Positions 17,149-26,498 of a stretch of 64,000 bases of DNA are shown here, one piece after another. The notes under the pieces were generated by a model. The model was not told the DNA's origin. It saw only the letters and a program-made list of their open reading frames with translations, and searched no databases. How positions within the stretch are numbered: the first letter of the stretch is position 1; each line of letters starts with the position of its first letter. Source of the stretch: Verrucomicrobiia bacterium (GTDB lineage Bacteria; Patescibacteriota; Saccharimonadia; Saccharimonadales; JAGQNK01); assembly GCA_035489575.1 (NCBI GenBank), contig DATHJY010000004.1, forward strand, positions 27,483-91,482, read 5' to 3'. Both the position numbers and the translations under genes were made by a program.

Positions 17149-18366
17149 ATGCTAGAGACTGCCCAAACGATGATTCGTCGGGTTGGTAAAAAATTGGGTT
17201 TTGACGAAGAAGAAATAAATCAATTGCTCAAGGCCAACGCCGAACATGAGTTCGAGATAGAACTGAGTACCGGAACCAAGCACAAAGCTTATCGGGTGCA
17301 GCACAATAACGCCCTGGGTCCTTACAAAGGTGGCGTACGCTTTCATCCAGAGGTCAATCTGGACGAGGTGCGAGCCTTGGCTACGCTGATGTCTCTCAAG
17401 ACTGCTGCAGTAGGTTTGCCACTTGGTGGCGGCAAGGGTGGCGTGGCAGTGAACCCCAAAGAGTTATCCAAAGCAGAGCTAGAAGAACTGGCCCGCAAAT
17501 ATTCGGCATATTTATCACCACACATTGGACCAGACAAGGACGTGCCGGCACCAGACGTGAACACCAACGCTACTATCATCGACTGGATGGTGGACGAGTT
17601 CGAGAAAGTGACGGGCGATACCTCCCATGCCAGCTTTACCGGCAAGTCGTTGGGTAACGGCGGTAGTCTGGGGCGCGAGGCGGCAACTGGCCGCGGCGGC
17701 GTGATTGCGCTGCGCGAAGTGTTGAAGCAGCTCGGAAAGGGCAGTCAGGCTATCACGGTGGCTGTCCAGGGGTTTGGCAACGTCGGATCGTTCTTTGGCA
17801 CCATAGCCGAGGACGATCATCCACAGTGGCAGCTGGTAGCGGCAACTGACTCTACAGGCGGCCCTTACAAAGAGGCTGGTTTGCACGCCACAGAAGTCGA
17901 TACCTACAAGAAAAACATGGGTTCGCTCAAGGACTTTGCGGCTGATGGTGTGCGTATCATTACCAACGACGACTTGGTGGGTCTAGAAGTAGACGTACTG
18001 GTGCTTGCGGCACTGGGTGATGTAGTGACCGAGTCTACTATGCACAGCGTCAAAGCAAAAATCATCCTAGAGTTGGCCAACGCCCCGGTCAATGAGCAGG
18101 CTTATCACTACCTAACAGACCAAGGGGTGCTGGTTATCCCAGATGTGCTGGCCAATTCTGGTGGCGTAATTGTTAGCTACCTAGAGTGGGTGCAGAACCG
18201 TACTGGCGAACACTGGAGCGAAGAAAAAGTGAACACAGAACTTGAGCGCTACATGGTTACGGCTATCAAAGACGCCTATCAGTACGCTATAAAAGAGGAA
18301 GTGTCCCTGAAAGAGGCTGCTTTTGCCCTAGCACTGCAACGTATACGGAGTGAAAAGAGGAGCTAA
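17149..18366 (+). CDS. gdhA: Glu/Leu/Phe/Val-family glutamate dehydrogenase
   Basis: GPYKGGVRFHP and the catalytic-Lys loop LPLGGGKGGV; 405 aa; AAGGAG upstream. Confidence 0.9.
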   Translation: MLETAQTMIRRVGKKLGFDEEEINQLLKANAEHEFEIELSTGTKHKAYRVQHNNALGPYKGGVRFHPEVNLDEVRALATLMSLKTAAVGLPLGGGKGGVAVNPKELSKAELEELARKYSAYLSPHIGPDKDVPAPDVNTNATIIDWMVDEFEKVTGDTSHASFTGKSLGNGGSLGREAATGRGGVIALREVLKQLGKGSQAITVAVQGFGNVGSFFGTIAEDDHPQWQLVAATDSTGGPYKEAGLHATEVDTYKKNMGSLKDFAADGVRIITNDDLVGLEVDVLVLAALGDVVTESTMHSVKAKIILELANAPVNEQAYHYLTDQGVLVIPDVLANSGGVIVSYLEWVQNRTGEHWSEEKVNTELERYMVTAIKDAYQYAIKEEVSLKEAAFALALQRIRSEKRS

Positions 18367-18369
18367 TAC

Positions 18370-18810
18370 ATGGAGAAAAAAGGCAAACAACCATACCAAG
18401 ACACCCCGGTAACCATCGCCGCCAAATCAGCTGGCGCTAAGGGCGCGGCTACCGCCCGGCGCCACCTACTGGAGCGCTTGGGCCTGGATAGGCACATCAA
18501 TGGTTTTTCTAATTTCTTGCGGGAACAAGGGGTCATCGGCCTGGCTGTTGGACTGGTGTTGGGGGTGCAGGTAAAGGCTGTGGTGGACCAGTTAGTTGCC
18601 AGCTTTGTGAACCCTGTCATTGGCCTACTGCTACCTGGCAGTGGTGGTCTGGCGGAGAAGACCTATACGATGTCAGTCGGGGGCAAGCACGCTGTATTTG
18701 CCTATGGTTCATTTATTGCTGTGATGATTAGCTTCACTACCGTTGCCGCAGTGGTGTACTTTGGGGTCAAGGGTTTGCAACTAGACAAGTTAGACAAAAA
18801 TAAGTCCTAA
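18370..18810 (+). CDS. mscL: large-conductance mechanosensitive channel
   Basis: F..FL...GVIGLAVGLVLG....VV..LV..F..P.IG pattern and typical size. Confidence 0.85.
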   Translation: MEKKGKQPYQDTPVTIAAKSAGAKGAATARRHLLERLGLDRHINGFSNFLREQGVIGLAVGLVLGVQVKAVVDQLVASFVNPVIGLLLPGSGGLAEKTYTMSVGGKHAVFAYGSFIAVMISFTTVAAVVYFGVKGLQLDKLDKNKS

Positions 18811-18825
18811 AGAGCGGAGGAAGGT

Positions 18826-19221
18826 ATGCAACTGAGCGAAGAAGAGTGGAAGAAAAAGCTTTCTCCCGAACAATACGAGGTGCTGCGCAACAAGGGCACT
18901 GAGGCACCGTTCAGCGGCAAGCTTTTGCAGAATAAAGAAACAGGCTCCTACGCTTGCGCGGCCTGTGGCAGGGTGCTGTTCATGAGTGATAGCAAGTACG
19001 AATCAGACGTTCCGGGGCTCGCGGGCTGGCCCAGTTTTTCAGAGGTAGCCAAGAGTGACGCTGTTGAACTAAAAGACGACAACAGTTTGGGTATACATCG
19101 GGTAGAAGTAACCTGCAAAAACTGCGGCAGCCACCTGGGCCATGTGTTCGACGACAACACTTCGCCCACGAACCAGCACTACTGTATAAATTCCTGTGCC
19201 CTGGATTTTAGGCCGCAATAG
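18826..19221 (+). CDS. msrB: peptide-methionine (R)-S-oxide reductase
   Basis: Two CxxC pairs (CAACG, CKNCG) and the GWPSF / HLGHVFDD motifs. Confidence 0.95.
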   Translation: MQLSEEEWKKKLSPEQYEVLRNKGTEAPFSGKLLQNKETGSYACAACGRVLFMSDSKYESDVPGLAGWPSFSEVAKSDAVELKDDNSLGIHRVEVTCKNCGSHLGHVFDDNTSPTNQHYCINSCALDFRPQ

Positions 19222-19247
19222 CCTCATCGGTAGGCTGTGCTTGTTCG

Positions 19248-19883
19248 TCAATGTAGGTGCCTCTGATTTTTTCGGCTACCCGCGCTACGCCTTGTAGGCT
19301 GTTGGTGACGTATTCTTTTGCGGTTTCGGCGGTAAATTCTCCCAAGGTGTCGGGTTTGGCGGCGGCCCGGTGGCGCCAGTTGTAGTTGAGTAAGTTCAAT
19401 ACCACCTTCAAACTGCAGGATTCCTGTGATAGCGTTCAGTTGTTCGAGTGTGAGCTGTGGAATCATCGCATCCACATCTTCGCTGTACCGAACAGACAAT
19501 TCTAGTATTTCTTCTATGCGTTCATCGCACGGAATATCAGGCTCGGCAACAGCGTAGGTTATCAGGTCCATATAGTTAGCGCTATCACTGAATGCATCGA
19601 TTTTTCCAGTGCCATTCTGACCAAGTACATCCCGACCCGGTCCAAAAGGGGCATAAGGGTCGGCCCACGGGTTCTTGTCGGTGGCTGACTCTCCGGGAAG
19701 GAGTAGCACTGGCTCTTTTACTTCCTCTCTAGCATGACGTTGCCGCCAGGCTTGCTCATGCCAGCTTGCTTCGGTCATCAAATCTTGAGCTTCTCTGGGC
19801 ATGAGGGCCATGTTGCCTAAGTGAAATTCGCCGTAGTCATGGCCCCAATATTTTTTTTCGCCCTCAGAACGCTGAAATTGCAT
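19248..19883 (-). CDS. hypothetical protein, 3' end probably frameshifted
   Basis: The ORF tail turns into R/K/Q-rich nonsense after ...ILQFEGG. A sensible continuation (KVVLNLLNYNWRHRAAAKPDTLGEF...) runs in the +1 frame to 19208. See findings. Confidence 0.4.
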   Translation of the reverse strand: MQFQRSEGEKKYWGHDYGEFHLGNMALMPREAQDLMTEASWHEQAWRQRHAREEVKEPVLLLPGESATDKNPWADPYAPFGPGRDVLGQNGTGKIDAFSDSANYMDLITYAVAEPDIPCDERIEEILELSVRYSEDVDAMIPQLTLEQLNAITGILQFEGGIELTQLQLAPPGRRQTRHLGRIYRRNRKRIRHQQPTRRSAGSRKNQRHLH

Positions 19884-20050
19884 AATAGGCCACTCGTTAC
19901 TTCCGATACTGCCAAGCCATACTTTGGTATTTTCTGGATTAACGACATTGCCGGCTGTGGGTGCCTCTACTAGCGTTGCGGCGTGTATATTTTCTCCTGC
20001 CAGGACGGTTTCGGCGAGTGTCTGATGGATGTCTGCTAGTGTTTCTAGGC

Positions 20051-20383
20051 TTACGGAGTCAACACGTACTTACCTTCGTTTTCCGGGTCGGGGACGAGGC
20101 GCTGACCGTATACACCCGCTACCCAGGCTTTATGAGGTTCGGCAACGACGTAGCCCTCCCCCTGCCTTTCGATACCCAGAATCTCTGGTTTGGTTGCCGC
20201 GCCCCTGGGCTGTTCCCAAAGGGCAGGGTCGGCAAACTGGGTCTCGATAAGCTCCTCGACACCATTTCCCGTATGTTCATAGATACTCTCTGGCTGCGCG
20301 GCCTGTGTGTCAGAAAATTCACCTCCTGGGGCGTGCATCTCTTGGGAGTGGGGTGAGCCTTCTTCTACCATGCTGCCGATCAT
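20051..20383 (-). CDS. hypothetical protein (possibly the 5' segment of a disrupted larger gene)
   Basis: Start moved to ATG 20383 because 20410-20438 is a promoter. The frame downstream of the stop stays open, without a start codon, up to the next ORF. Confidence 0.4.
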   Translation of the reverse strand: MIGSMVEEGSPHSQEMHAPGGEFSDTQAAQPESIYEHTGNGVEELIETQFADPALWEQPRGAATKPEILGIERQGEGYVVAEPHKAWVAGVYGQRLVPDPENEGKYVLTP

Positions 20384-20409
20384 TTTGTTTTTGCGGAATA
20401 TTGCTATAA

Positions 20410-20438
20410 ATAATAGCACAAAATATGGTAAAAGTCAA
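20410..20438 (-). promoter_or_regulatory. sigma70-type promoter
   Basis: On the reverse strand: TTGACT (20438-20433), 17 nt, TATTAT (20415-20410). Confidence 0.5.
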
Positions 20439-20480
20439 TAATCTGAGATCGCTCGACCCAGAGGAGCTACTGGGTCTGGT

Positions 20481-20882
20481 CTATGGGGTAAAGGTGTAGT
20501 TCTGGCAGACGTGGTTATTGTTGGTGCAGATTTTCAGCTCGCTTTTTACCAACGAAACGCCGGGTGCGAACGCAGTGTACTTGTTTTGGATTGAGTCGAT
20601 TTTGCAAGTATTGGTTACATGCAGGTCCTTCCCGCAGTTCGTAGAAGAGCTTGTAGAGGAGGTGACACGGGTAAAAGTTTTTGAACCACATGAGTCGTAC
20701 ACATCTTGATACACCGAATAGGCATTGGCGTACCAGCCGTGAGTATACTTAACGGCGCAGTCGCCTATCCAAAAGGACTTCTCTTGGTTTGGCGGTAGCG
20801 TCAGAGCGCTTGCGCGTGCTGGGCTGAAGGCCAGAATAGACAAAAATATACCAGCACTTAGGAATAATGCTTTTAGCTTCAT
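20481..20882 (-). CDS. small secreted Cys-containing protein
   Basis: ATG at 20882 preceded by GGAAGGAGG. Signal peptide MKLKALFLSAGIFLSILAFSPARASA. The mature part contains eight Cys. Confidence 0.6.
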   Translation of the reverse strand: MKLKALFLSAGIFLSILAFSPARASALTLPPNQEKSFWIGDCAVKYTHGWYANAYSVYQDVYDSCGSKTFTRVTSSTSSSTNCGKDLHVTNTCKIDSIQNKYTAFAPGVSLVKSELKICTNNNHVCQNYTFTP

Positions 20883-21038
20883 GATTTCCTCCTTCCAGAA
20901 AATGTTGTATGGAGCTACCTTACGCTCATCATAGGGCGGGGGATAGTGTATTTTTTGACAACACCAGCGCATATAAGCATACATATTTTTTAACTTTAAG
21001 CACTATTTGGCGGGACAAGATTACCTCTGTTCAGCGTA

Positions 21039-21067
21039 TTGACTTTTAGTCAAAAAAATGCTAGTAT
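21039..21067 (+). promoter_or_regulatory. sigma70-type promoter
   Basis: TTGACT (21039-21044), 17 nt, TAGTAT (21062-21067). The ORF-track start at 21039 is this -35 box. Confidence 0.5.
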
Positions 21068-21092
21068 TGTAAAAGATAAACCAAAAAACAAA

Positions 21093-22514
21093 ATGAACGC
21101 AGAATCAGCAGCATCACCCCAAGAAACAAACATCGAATCGCATGATGCATTTGACCAGGCCCTGCATGGGTTGGCGGCTGAGCTGCCAGAACTGGCCGAC
21201 GCAGAAGAGCAGATCTCTGACTATGGGGCAGAGCTTATTACTGATCTGGGCATCCGCCCAGAACTTTTTGAAGAAAAGGCGCACACCGTTTTCTTTGCCG
21301 CCCTGGCACAACGCTCGGCTGGGCTGGAAGACAGAAGGCCTGGCATGTCTGTGGCCGACTATATGGCCGAGAAAGAATTTATCACCGATGCTGTCTTGTT
21401 GTTGGCCCGGGACAAGTCGGACTACTACGATCAGACTAAAGATCTTATAAATAGTGAAGAGGATGAGCACCCCAATGAAAAAAGCGTGTACGATCGTTAC
21501 ACGAACGTACAGGTGAGCCAGGAGCTACAAGAGGCAATTGATACCGGAGGTTTACTGGACGCGGTGAAGTCCCGGCTGAGTATTACTGCGGACACAGAAG
21601 ACGAATTTGAGGTGCGTGTTCTAAATGTGGCCAGCGACTACGCACTGTCTGGCATGCGACCAGCTGCACCTCCAGAGTTAGAGGGCAAGCCTTACAATGC
21701 GCCAGAGTGGCAGGCCTGGGATGCGGACAAGCAGGCCTCGGCACAATACCACGCCGACATGAAACAAAAGGGTGATGCCTTTGCGAAAGAATTGGGCTTT
21801 GGTGAACTTGGCCTGGCCTGGGCCACTACCATAGACGACAAAAAGACTCTGGTTGTCCCGTTGCCGGTAGCCGAGAAGATCATGTACCGCAATGAAGGGC
21901 GAGCGAGCTACTACGCTGAAGATGCATGGGAGCGAGACTTTGCTATCCTGGAGCATGAATATACGCATACGCAGGGTGGACTAAACCTGGACAGCGGAGT
22001 GGTCTATGGCATTGGTGCCGAAGAGCTGCGGGCTGAACATTTCTCTGGCGACAAGAACGGATATATGGATATTAAGGGCTTCTTTATTGACCTGCGGATT
22101 GTGACTGGCCTGGACGTGAAGCCTTATTTCGACCGGCAGCCAAAAGGCGGGGACGCTGGGGAGTTTTACACTATGGTGGCACAAGAGTTGGGCTTGCAGA
22201 ATACGCTAGAGCTCGCGCTGACTACCCCAAAAGGCTACGTCAGCGATAGCCGGAAACTGCAACAACATGCCGCACAACATCTAGGTGGTCTCGACGGCTT
22301 GACGGAGCGGCTCTATAACCAGGCGCTGGAAGATCCAGGAAGAACCGAGAAAATGGACGAACGCCTCGAGAGGGCAGCCCAAATAGGCGCAAAAGGATCG
22401 TCATTTGAAGGGTGGGCAGCTTACCGCAAAGACAGTCTTGATCTAAAGTTTATAACCGAAAAAATCGAAGAGCGCGTGGCGCGTACTCGGACCCAGGAAA
22501 AGATCGCCGCCTAG
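21093..22514 (+). CDS. hypothetical protein with HExxH motif (putative zinc metallopeptidase)
   Basis: ATG at 21093 downstream of the promoter. A single HEYTH motif (FAILEHEYTHTQGG); no other family signature recognised. Confidence 0.5.
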   Translation: MNAESAASPQETNIESHDAFDQALHGLAAELPELADAEEQISDYGAELITDLGIRPELFEEKAHTVFFAALAQRSAGLEDRRPGMSVADYMAEKEFITDAVLLLARDKSDYYDQTKDLINSEEDEHPNEKSVYDRYTNVQVSQELQEAIDTGGLLDAVKSRLSITADTEDEFEVRVLNVASDYALSGMRPAAPPELEGKPYNAPEWQAWDADKQASAQYHADMKQKGDAFAKELGFGELGLAWATTIDDKKTLVVPLPVAEKIMYRNEGRASYYAEDAWERDFAILEHEYTHTQGGLNLDSGVVYGIGAEELRAEHFSGDKNGYMDIKGFFIDLRIVTGLDVKPYFDRQPKGGDAGEFYTMVAQELGLQNTLELALTTPKGYVSDSRKLQQHAAQHLGGLDGLTERLYNQALEDPGRTEKMDERLERAAQIGAKGSSFEGWAAYRKDSLDLKFITEKIEERVARTRTQEKIAA

Positions 22515-22515
22515 G

Positions 22516-23253
22516 CTACAGACCGAAGAATTCTTCCATAGTTTGGCCGGTTTTTTTCAGTTCGGCAGCTAGTTCGGGGCCAACATAGCGGAGGTGCCAA
22601 GGTTCATAACTGTAGCCAGTTTTGTTTTCTTTGCTCTGAAGGTAGCGAATGGTAAAGCCGTATTCGTGGGCGTGCTGGGCAACCCACTGACCCTCGGGCG
22701 TATCAGCAAAGCAGATGTCTATCTCGCACTTGCGGTTAGTGGCGCCGATGTCTAAGGACAAGCCGGTCTGGTGCTCGCTGGTGCCAGGTTTTGCGCTGAC
22801 TTTGTCGGCCTCGGCCTGCCCAAGCTGTTTGACATTTTGAGCATAGACGGTTTGTTGCAAATCATAACTGCGATAGCCACTGGCCAGCAGCAAGTTGACG
22901 CCGTTTTGTTTGGCGGCAGCCACCAGCTGTTGGAGTGGGACGGCAATTTTTTGACTGACCCGGCGTTCGTCAGTGCCTGCGCCGCTTCGAATAGGGATGT
23001 CGGGTATGACTAGGTCGTCTGGTGCGTACGAGTTACCGACCGGACGGGACTTGTTGACGACCCACCAGATGCTGCCGGCCTGGTCGAGTGAGTGCTGCGA
23101 TTTGTTAAAGCCAGATTGCTGCGCGTTGGTAGGGCTTTCTTTTGTGTCCTCTGCTGTTTTTACCCTTTTGCCGATGGCCACAAGGCCGGCAATTATCAGG
23201 GCAACGATTATCAAAACGATGATCAATTTTTTCTTGGAGGGTTTTTCAGACAT
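22516..23253 (-). CDS. D-alanyl-D-alanine carboxypeptidase, M15B/VanY family
   Basis: N-terminal TM anchor. SGYRSY, SEHQTGL..DI and EPWHLRYVG motifs. Confidence 0.85.
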   Translation of the reverse strand: MSEKPSKKKLIIVLIIVALIIAGLVAIGKRVKTAEDTKESPTNAQQSGFNKSQHSLDQAGSIWWVVNKSRPVGNSYAPDDLVIPDIPIRSGAGTDERRVSQKIAVPLQQLVAAAKQNGVNLLLASGYRSYDLQQTVYAQNVKQLGQAEADKVSAKPGTSEHQTGLSLDIGATNRKCEIDICFADTPEGQWVAQHAHEYGFTIRYLQSKENKTGYSYEPWHLRYVGPELAAELKKTGQTMEEFFGL

Positions 23254-23295
23254 GTTTGTAGTATACCGTGTGGCTCAACGTATAATATCGATTGT

Positions 23296-24084
23296 ATGAA
23301 TGCCTACAAGCTCCACGTATTCGAGCGCGGCCAGGGCCGGCCGGTTATTTTATTACACGGGGTATTGTCTACGCATCGGTACTGGGACAGTGTGGTGGAG
23401 ATGCTCGAGCCCAGGCGGCAGCTGCTGGCCCCAGACTTGCTGGGTTTTGGGGCTTCGCCAAAGCCCCGACGTGCCGCCTACAGCCCAGAGCAAATGGTTG
23501 CCTGTCTAGAGGAGACGTTTCGGCGATATCACTTCAAGCAGCCTCCGGTGCTGGCCGGGCATTCTTATGGTGCCAACATCGCCTTGCTGTGGGCGCTGCA
23601 CCGGCCCGAGCGGTTCTCTGGCTTGGTATTGTCGGCTCCCTTATTTTTCGAAAAAGATTTGTTACACCAGCAGCTGGCAACCATAGCGCTGGAAGGCAAG
23701 TGGCTCACCAGCAAGGCCTTGGCCAGGATGGTGGCCTTTGGCCTGAGCCTATCAGGCCTGGTGCCTACGCGGCTTGCCATGCGGGCGGCGCATGATCGTC
23801 CCCGGTCTGTTATAGAAGATGTCACCAGCCAGCGCTTTTATGTTTTTCGGAGAATGCAAAAGCACCCCTTGTACCGTCAGGAGGTTGTGGCCGATATACA
23901 AAAAATCCACATACCCACCCGAATCTTGCTTGGCGACAAAGACCTCATTGCCAGTCGGGCTATCGTGGACCTAGAAACGGTGTGCCAGACTAATACTATG
24001 TGCCGGGTGCAGGTGCTGCCGGGCTCTCACCAAGTGCTCCTAGAACACCCTGAAGTAGTAGCCAAAACAATTTTGTCGGTATGA
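23296..24084 (+). CDS. alpha/beta hydrolase
   Basis: ATG at 23296 after TATAAT (23280-23285). HG oxyanion motif (ILLHGV) and nucleophile elbow GHSYG. Confidence 0.8.
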   Translation: MNAYKLHVFERGQGRPVILLHGVLSTHRYWDSVVEMLEPRRQLLAPDLLGFGASPKPRRAAYSPEQMVACLEETFRRYHFKQPPVLAGHSYGANIALLWALHRPERFSGLVLSAPLFFEKDLLHQQLATIALEGKWLTSKALARMVAFGLSLSGLVPTRLAMRAAHDRPRSVIEDVTSQRFYVFRRMQKHPLYRQEVVADIQKIHIPTRILLGDKDLIASRAIVDLETVCQTNTMCRVQVLPGSHQVLLEHPEVVAKTILSV

Positions 24085-24158
24085 CCCACCTCATCTGGGA
24101 CATCAGTTTTGGCGAATGAATCACTAAAACTGGTGGCAGTTTTAGTGAACAGGGTATA

Positions 24159-24728
24159 ATGCAGGCAATGAGCCAGATAGATAAAGACCGTATACCTACC
24201 AAGCTACTCTGGGTGGATTTAGAGATGACCGGCCTGGATTCGCACCAGGATGTATTGCTAGAGATTGCTGCCGAGATCACCGATTTTGAGTTCAAGACCG
24301 TTGCTTCGTACGAGGCGCGTATTCGTCAGGACCGCGAAAAAGTCATAGAACGCATGCAAAAAAACGTCTGGTGGCGCGATTACCCGGAGAACCGAGACCA
24401 GTTTATCAATCGCTTGGGCGAGGGTAAGGAGCCTATCCAGGTCGAGCAAGAGATGGTTTCTTTGATACAAAAACACTTTGGTGACGAGCCAGCTGTGCTG
24501 GCCGGCAATTCCATACATAACGATCGTGACTTTATAAAGTTCTGGATGCCACAGTTAGATCTCAAGCTACACTATCGCATGTTAGATGTCAGCAGCTTTA
24601 AGGTACTCATGCAGGGCATGCACGGCGAGGTGTTCGAAAAGCAAGATGTACATCGGGCGTTTGATGATATTCAGGCCTCGATTGCCGAGCTCCAGCACTA
24701 CCTGGAGTGGTTCAGGGAAAACGCCTAA
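24159..24728 (+). CDS. orn: oligoribonuclease
   Basis: DEDDh exonuclease motifs WVDLEMTGL, NSIHNDRDF and HRAFDD; typical Orn length. Confidence 0.9.
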   Translation: MQAMSQIDKDRIPTKLLWVDLEMTGLDSHQDVLLEIAAEITDFEFKTVASYEARIRQDREKVIERMQKNVWWRDYPENRDQFINRLGEGKEPIQVEQEMVSLIQKHFGDEPAVLAGNSIHNDRDFIKFWMPQLDLKLHYRMLDVSSFKVLMQGMHGEVFEKQDVHRAFDDIQASIAELQHYLEWFRENA

Positions 24729-24877
24729 CCTTCTCACGTTTATTTGACCTACACGGTGTTTTATCTGTAACGGCTGTGTCAATTAACAGGGAATGTTTGC
24801 AGTGGTCAGGCTTATATTTTAGAATAAGAGTAATAGGTGGGACCTTATCAAACATAGAGGAGTGAGTATAGGCGCGA

Positions 24878-25291
24878 ATGGAGTTCGGACAGCCACCAAA
24901 TAAGCCCGAGAAGCGGGATCACCTCATCAGCATGAGGTTGGATAAGGGTGAGGCTAAAGTCTTCCGATATTCGTGTAGGTCCCTGCTGAGTTCTCTTGAG
25001 CAAGATTCTGATGATTACGACGCCTGTCAGGCGATTGTAGATACTAGTCCTGGCGCGCTTGAGGTCTACCTGAGTGAGGATAATCACGCTTTGTTTGTCT
25101 ACGGTTTGGCTCGCTATGCCAGAGACGTTATGACCTACATAGAGAGTGCGATGCTCCACGACCTGGCGTTTGACCCACAGATGACCGTGAGGTACCAGCA
25201 GGCTAATCGCATGGCCCAGCAAATTGCCGAAGAAGGAGAGGTGGCGCTCTTTCGACAAACTATTCCAATGTCACCAGAGGATATTCTATGA
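24878..25291 (+). CDS. hypothetical protein
   Basis: 137-aa ORF whose stop overlaps (ATGA) the start of the next gene. The opposite-strand ORF 24848-25258 is judged a shadow. Confidence 0.45.
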   Translation: MEFGQPPNKPEKRDHLISMRLDKGEAKVFRYSCRSLLSSLEQDSDDYDACQAIVDTSPGALEVYLSEDNHALFVYGLARYARDVMTYIESAMLHDLAFDPQMTVRYQQANRMAQQIAEEGEVALFRQTIPMSPEDIL

Positions 25292-25611
25292 ATCATAAAA
25301 CAGTCGAAACATATGTACTCAGCATGCCGCATGCCAAGCTAGACTATCCGTTTGGTGAAGGGGTGGCTGTCTATAAAGTGCATGACAATATGTTTGCTCT
25401 CATTGCTGAGGGGAAGGATCCGATTCGTATTAGCCTAAAGTGCGATCCGGTCCTGTCAAAAGTTTTGCGCGACAAATACACCGAGGTCATGGAAGGCTAC
25501 CACCTGAACAAAAAACACTGGAATACTATTATTTTGGCAGGGCAATTGCCCTGGGAAGAAGTGCAGGGACTCATCCGGCACAGCTACGACCTCGTCGCAA
25601 AAACCAAGTAA
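25288..25611 (+). CDS. MmcQ/YjbR family DNA-binding protein
   Basis: 107 aa. The pattern ..YPFG......YKV..KMFA.......I.LKCDP.........Y....GYHLNKKHWNT is typical of YjbR-like proteins. Confidence 0.75.
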   Translation: MNHKTVETYVLSMPHAKLDYPFGEGVAVYKVHDNMFALIAEGKDPIRISLKCDPVLSKVLRDKYTEVMEGYHLNKKHWNTIILAGQLPWEEVQGLIRHSYDLVAKTK

Positions 25612-25870
25612 TTTTCTACTCATCTATAGCTTTTATCTCCACGCCGACTCTTTGTGGAGGGGCTTCCATACACACCCCCAGACAGGCGGTCATAAAAACA
25701 TGACTGTCCAACTAGAACTGACTGTCCGGCTCCTGTGGAACTCACCCCGACAAGTCGGGGCTCAAACAGTCCTCGGAGCGCGGGCAATCACTCCTAGCCG
25801 CCCAATCAGTTTTTCGTAACCGCCTGGCGGAGGGCGGAGGGGGAAGCACATGTATGAGAGGGGTGGATTA

Positions 25871-26461
25871 CTATTCTGGGGCGACGCCTATGAGTAGGCT
25901 GGCGTTTTTGTATTGGGTGGAGAGCGTTGCTTTTAGTTTTGTGTTGGTTGTGAGGTCGTAGGTGGATTTGACGCTTTTTTGGTAGGCGACTAGTTCGTCT
26001 TGGAGCTCTTTTAGAAAGACTTCGTCAAAGCGGTTGTTTTGTTGGGCGTTGGTGAAAAGCTGGTCGGTTTTGGCGTTCTTGCCGCCGTTCAGGAGCTTGC
26101 TAGGGGTTTTTACTTTTTGGCTGTTCAGCGTTGACTTAAGAGACGATAGATCGCTAGTTATGCTGAGGCTGGTGGTCCTGGCGAGGTTTTTGGCATTGTC
26201 GTCGCGTGATTGTTTTAGCCCGACTTCTGCAACGCGGATTAGCTCGGTTTGCTGCTGAACGACTTTAACCAGTTGCTCTTTGTTGTCGGGCGCGCCTGCA
26301 AATAGAACCATGTAGATAATAAATGGGACAAGCAAAACGGCCAGACCTATTATGGCGTATATGAACATCTTGTTTGATGACCCGCTCTTGATCGAGAACT
26401 TGGGTTTGGGGCCGTTCGGAGAGCCCATAATAAAATCGTACTGGTTTTGCTGTTGCTGCAT
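25871..26461 (-). CDS. membrane-anchored hypothetical protein
   Basis: Q-rich N-terminus, a single TM (MFIYAIIGLAVLLVPFIIYMVLF) and a polar extracytoplasmic domain. An extended -10 (TGGTACAAT) lies just upstream on the reverse strand. Confidence 0.55.
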   Translation of the reverse strand: MQQQQNQYDFIMGSPNGPKPKFSIKSGSSNKMFIYAIIGLAVLLVPFIIYMVLFAGAPDNKEQLVKVVQQQTELIRVAEVGLKQSRDDNAKNLARTTSLSITSDLSSLKSTLNSQKVKTPSKLLNGGKNAKTDQLFTNAQQNNRFDEVFLKELQDELVAYQKSVKSTYDLTTNTKLKATLSTQYKNASLLIGVAPE

Positions 26462-26498
26462 TACTTGTTATTGTACCAGCCCCACGGCCTATAGTCCG

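Noticed and set aside
24848-25258. 136-aa reverse-strand ORF mirroring 24878-25291
   Set aside because: The forward ORF is translationally coupled (ATGA) to the YjbR-like gene. The reverse ORF has no such context.
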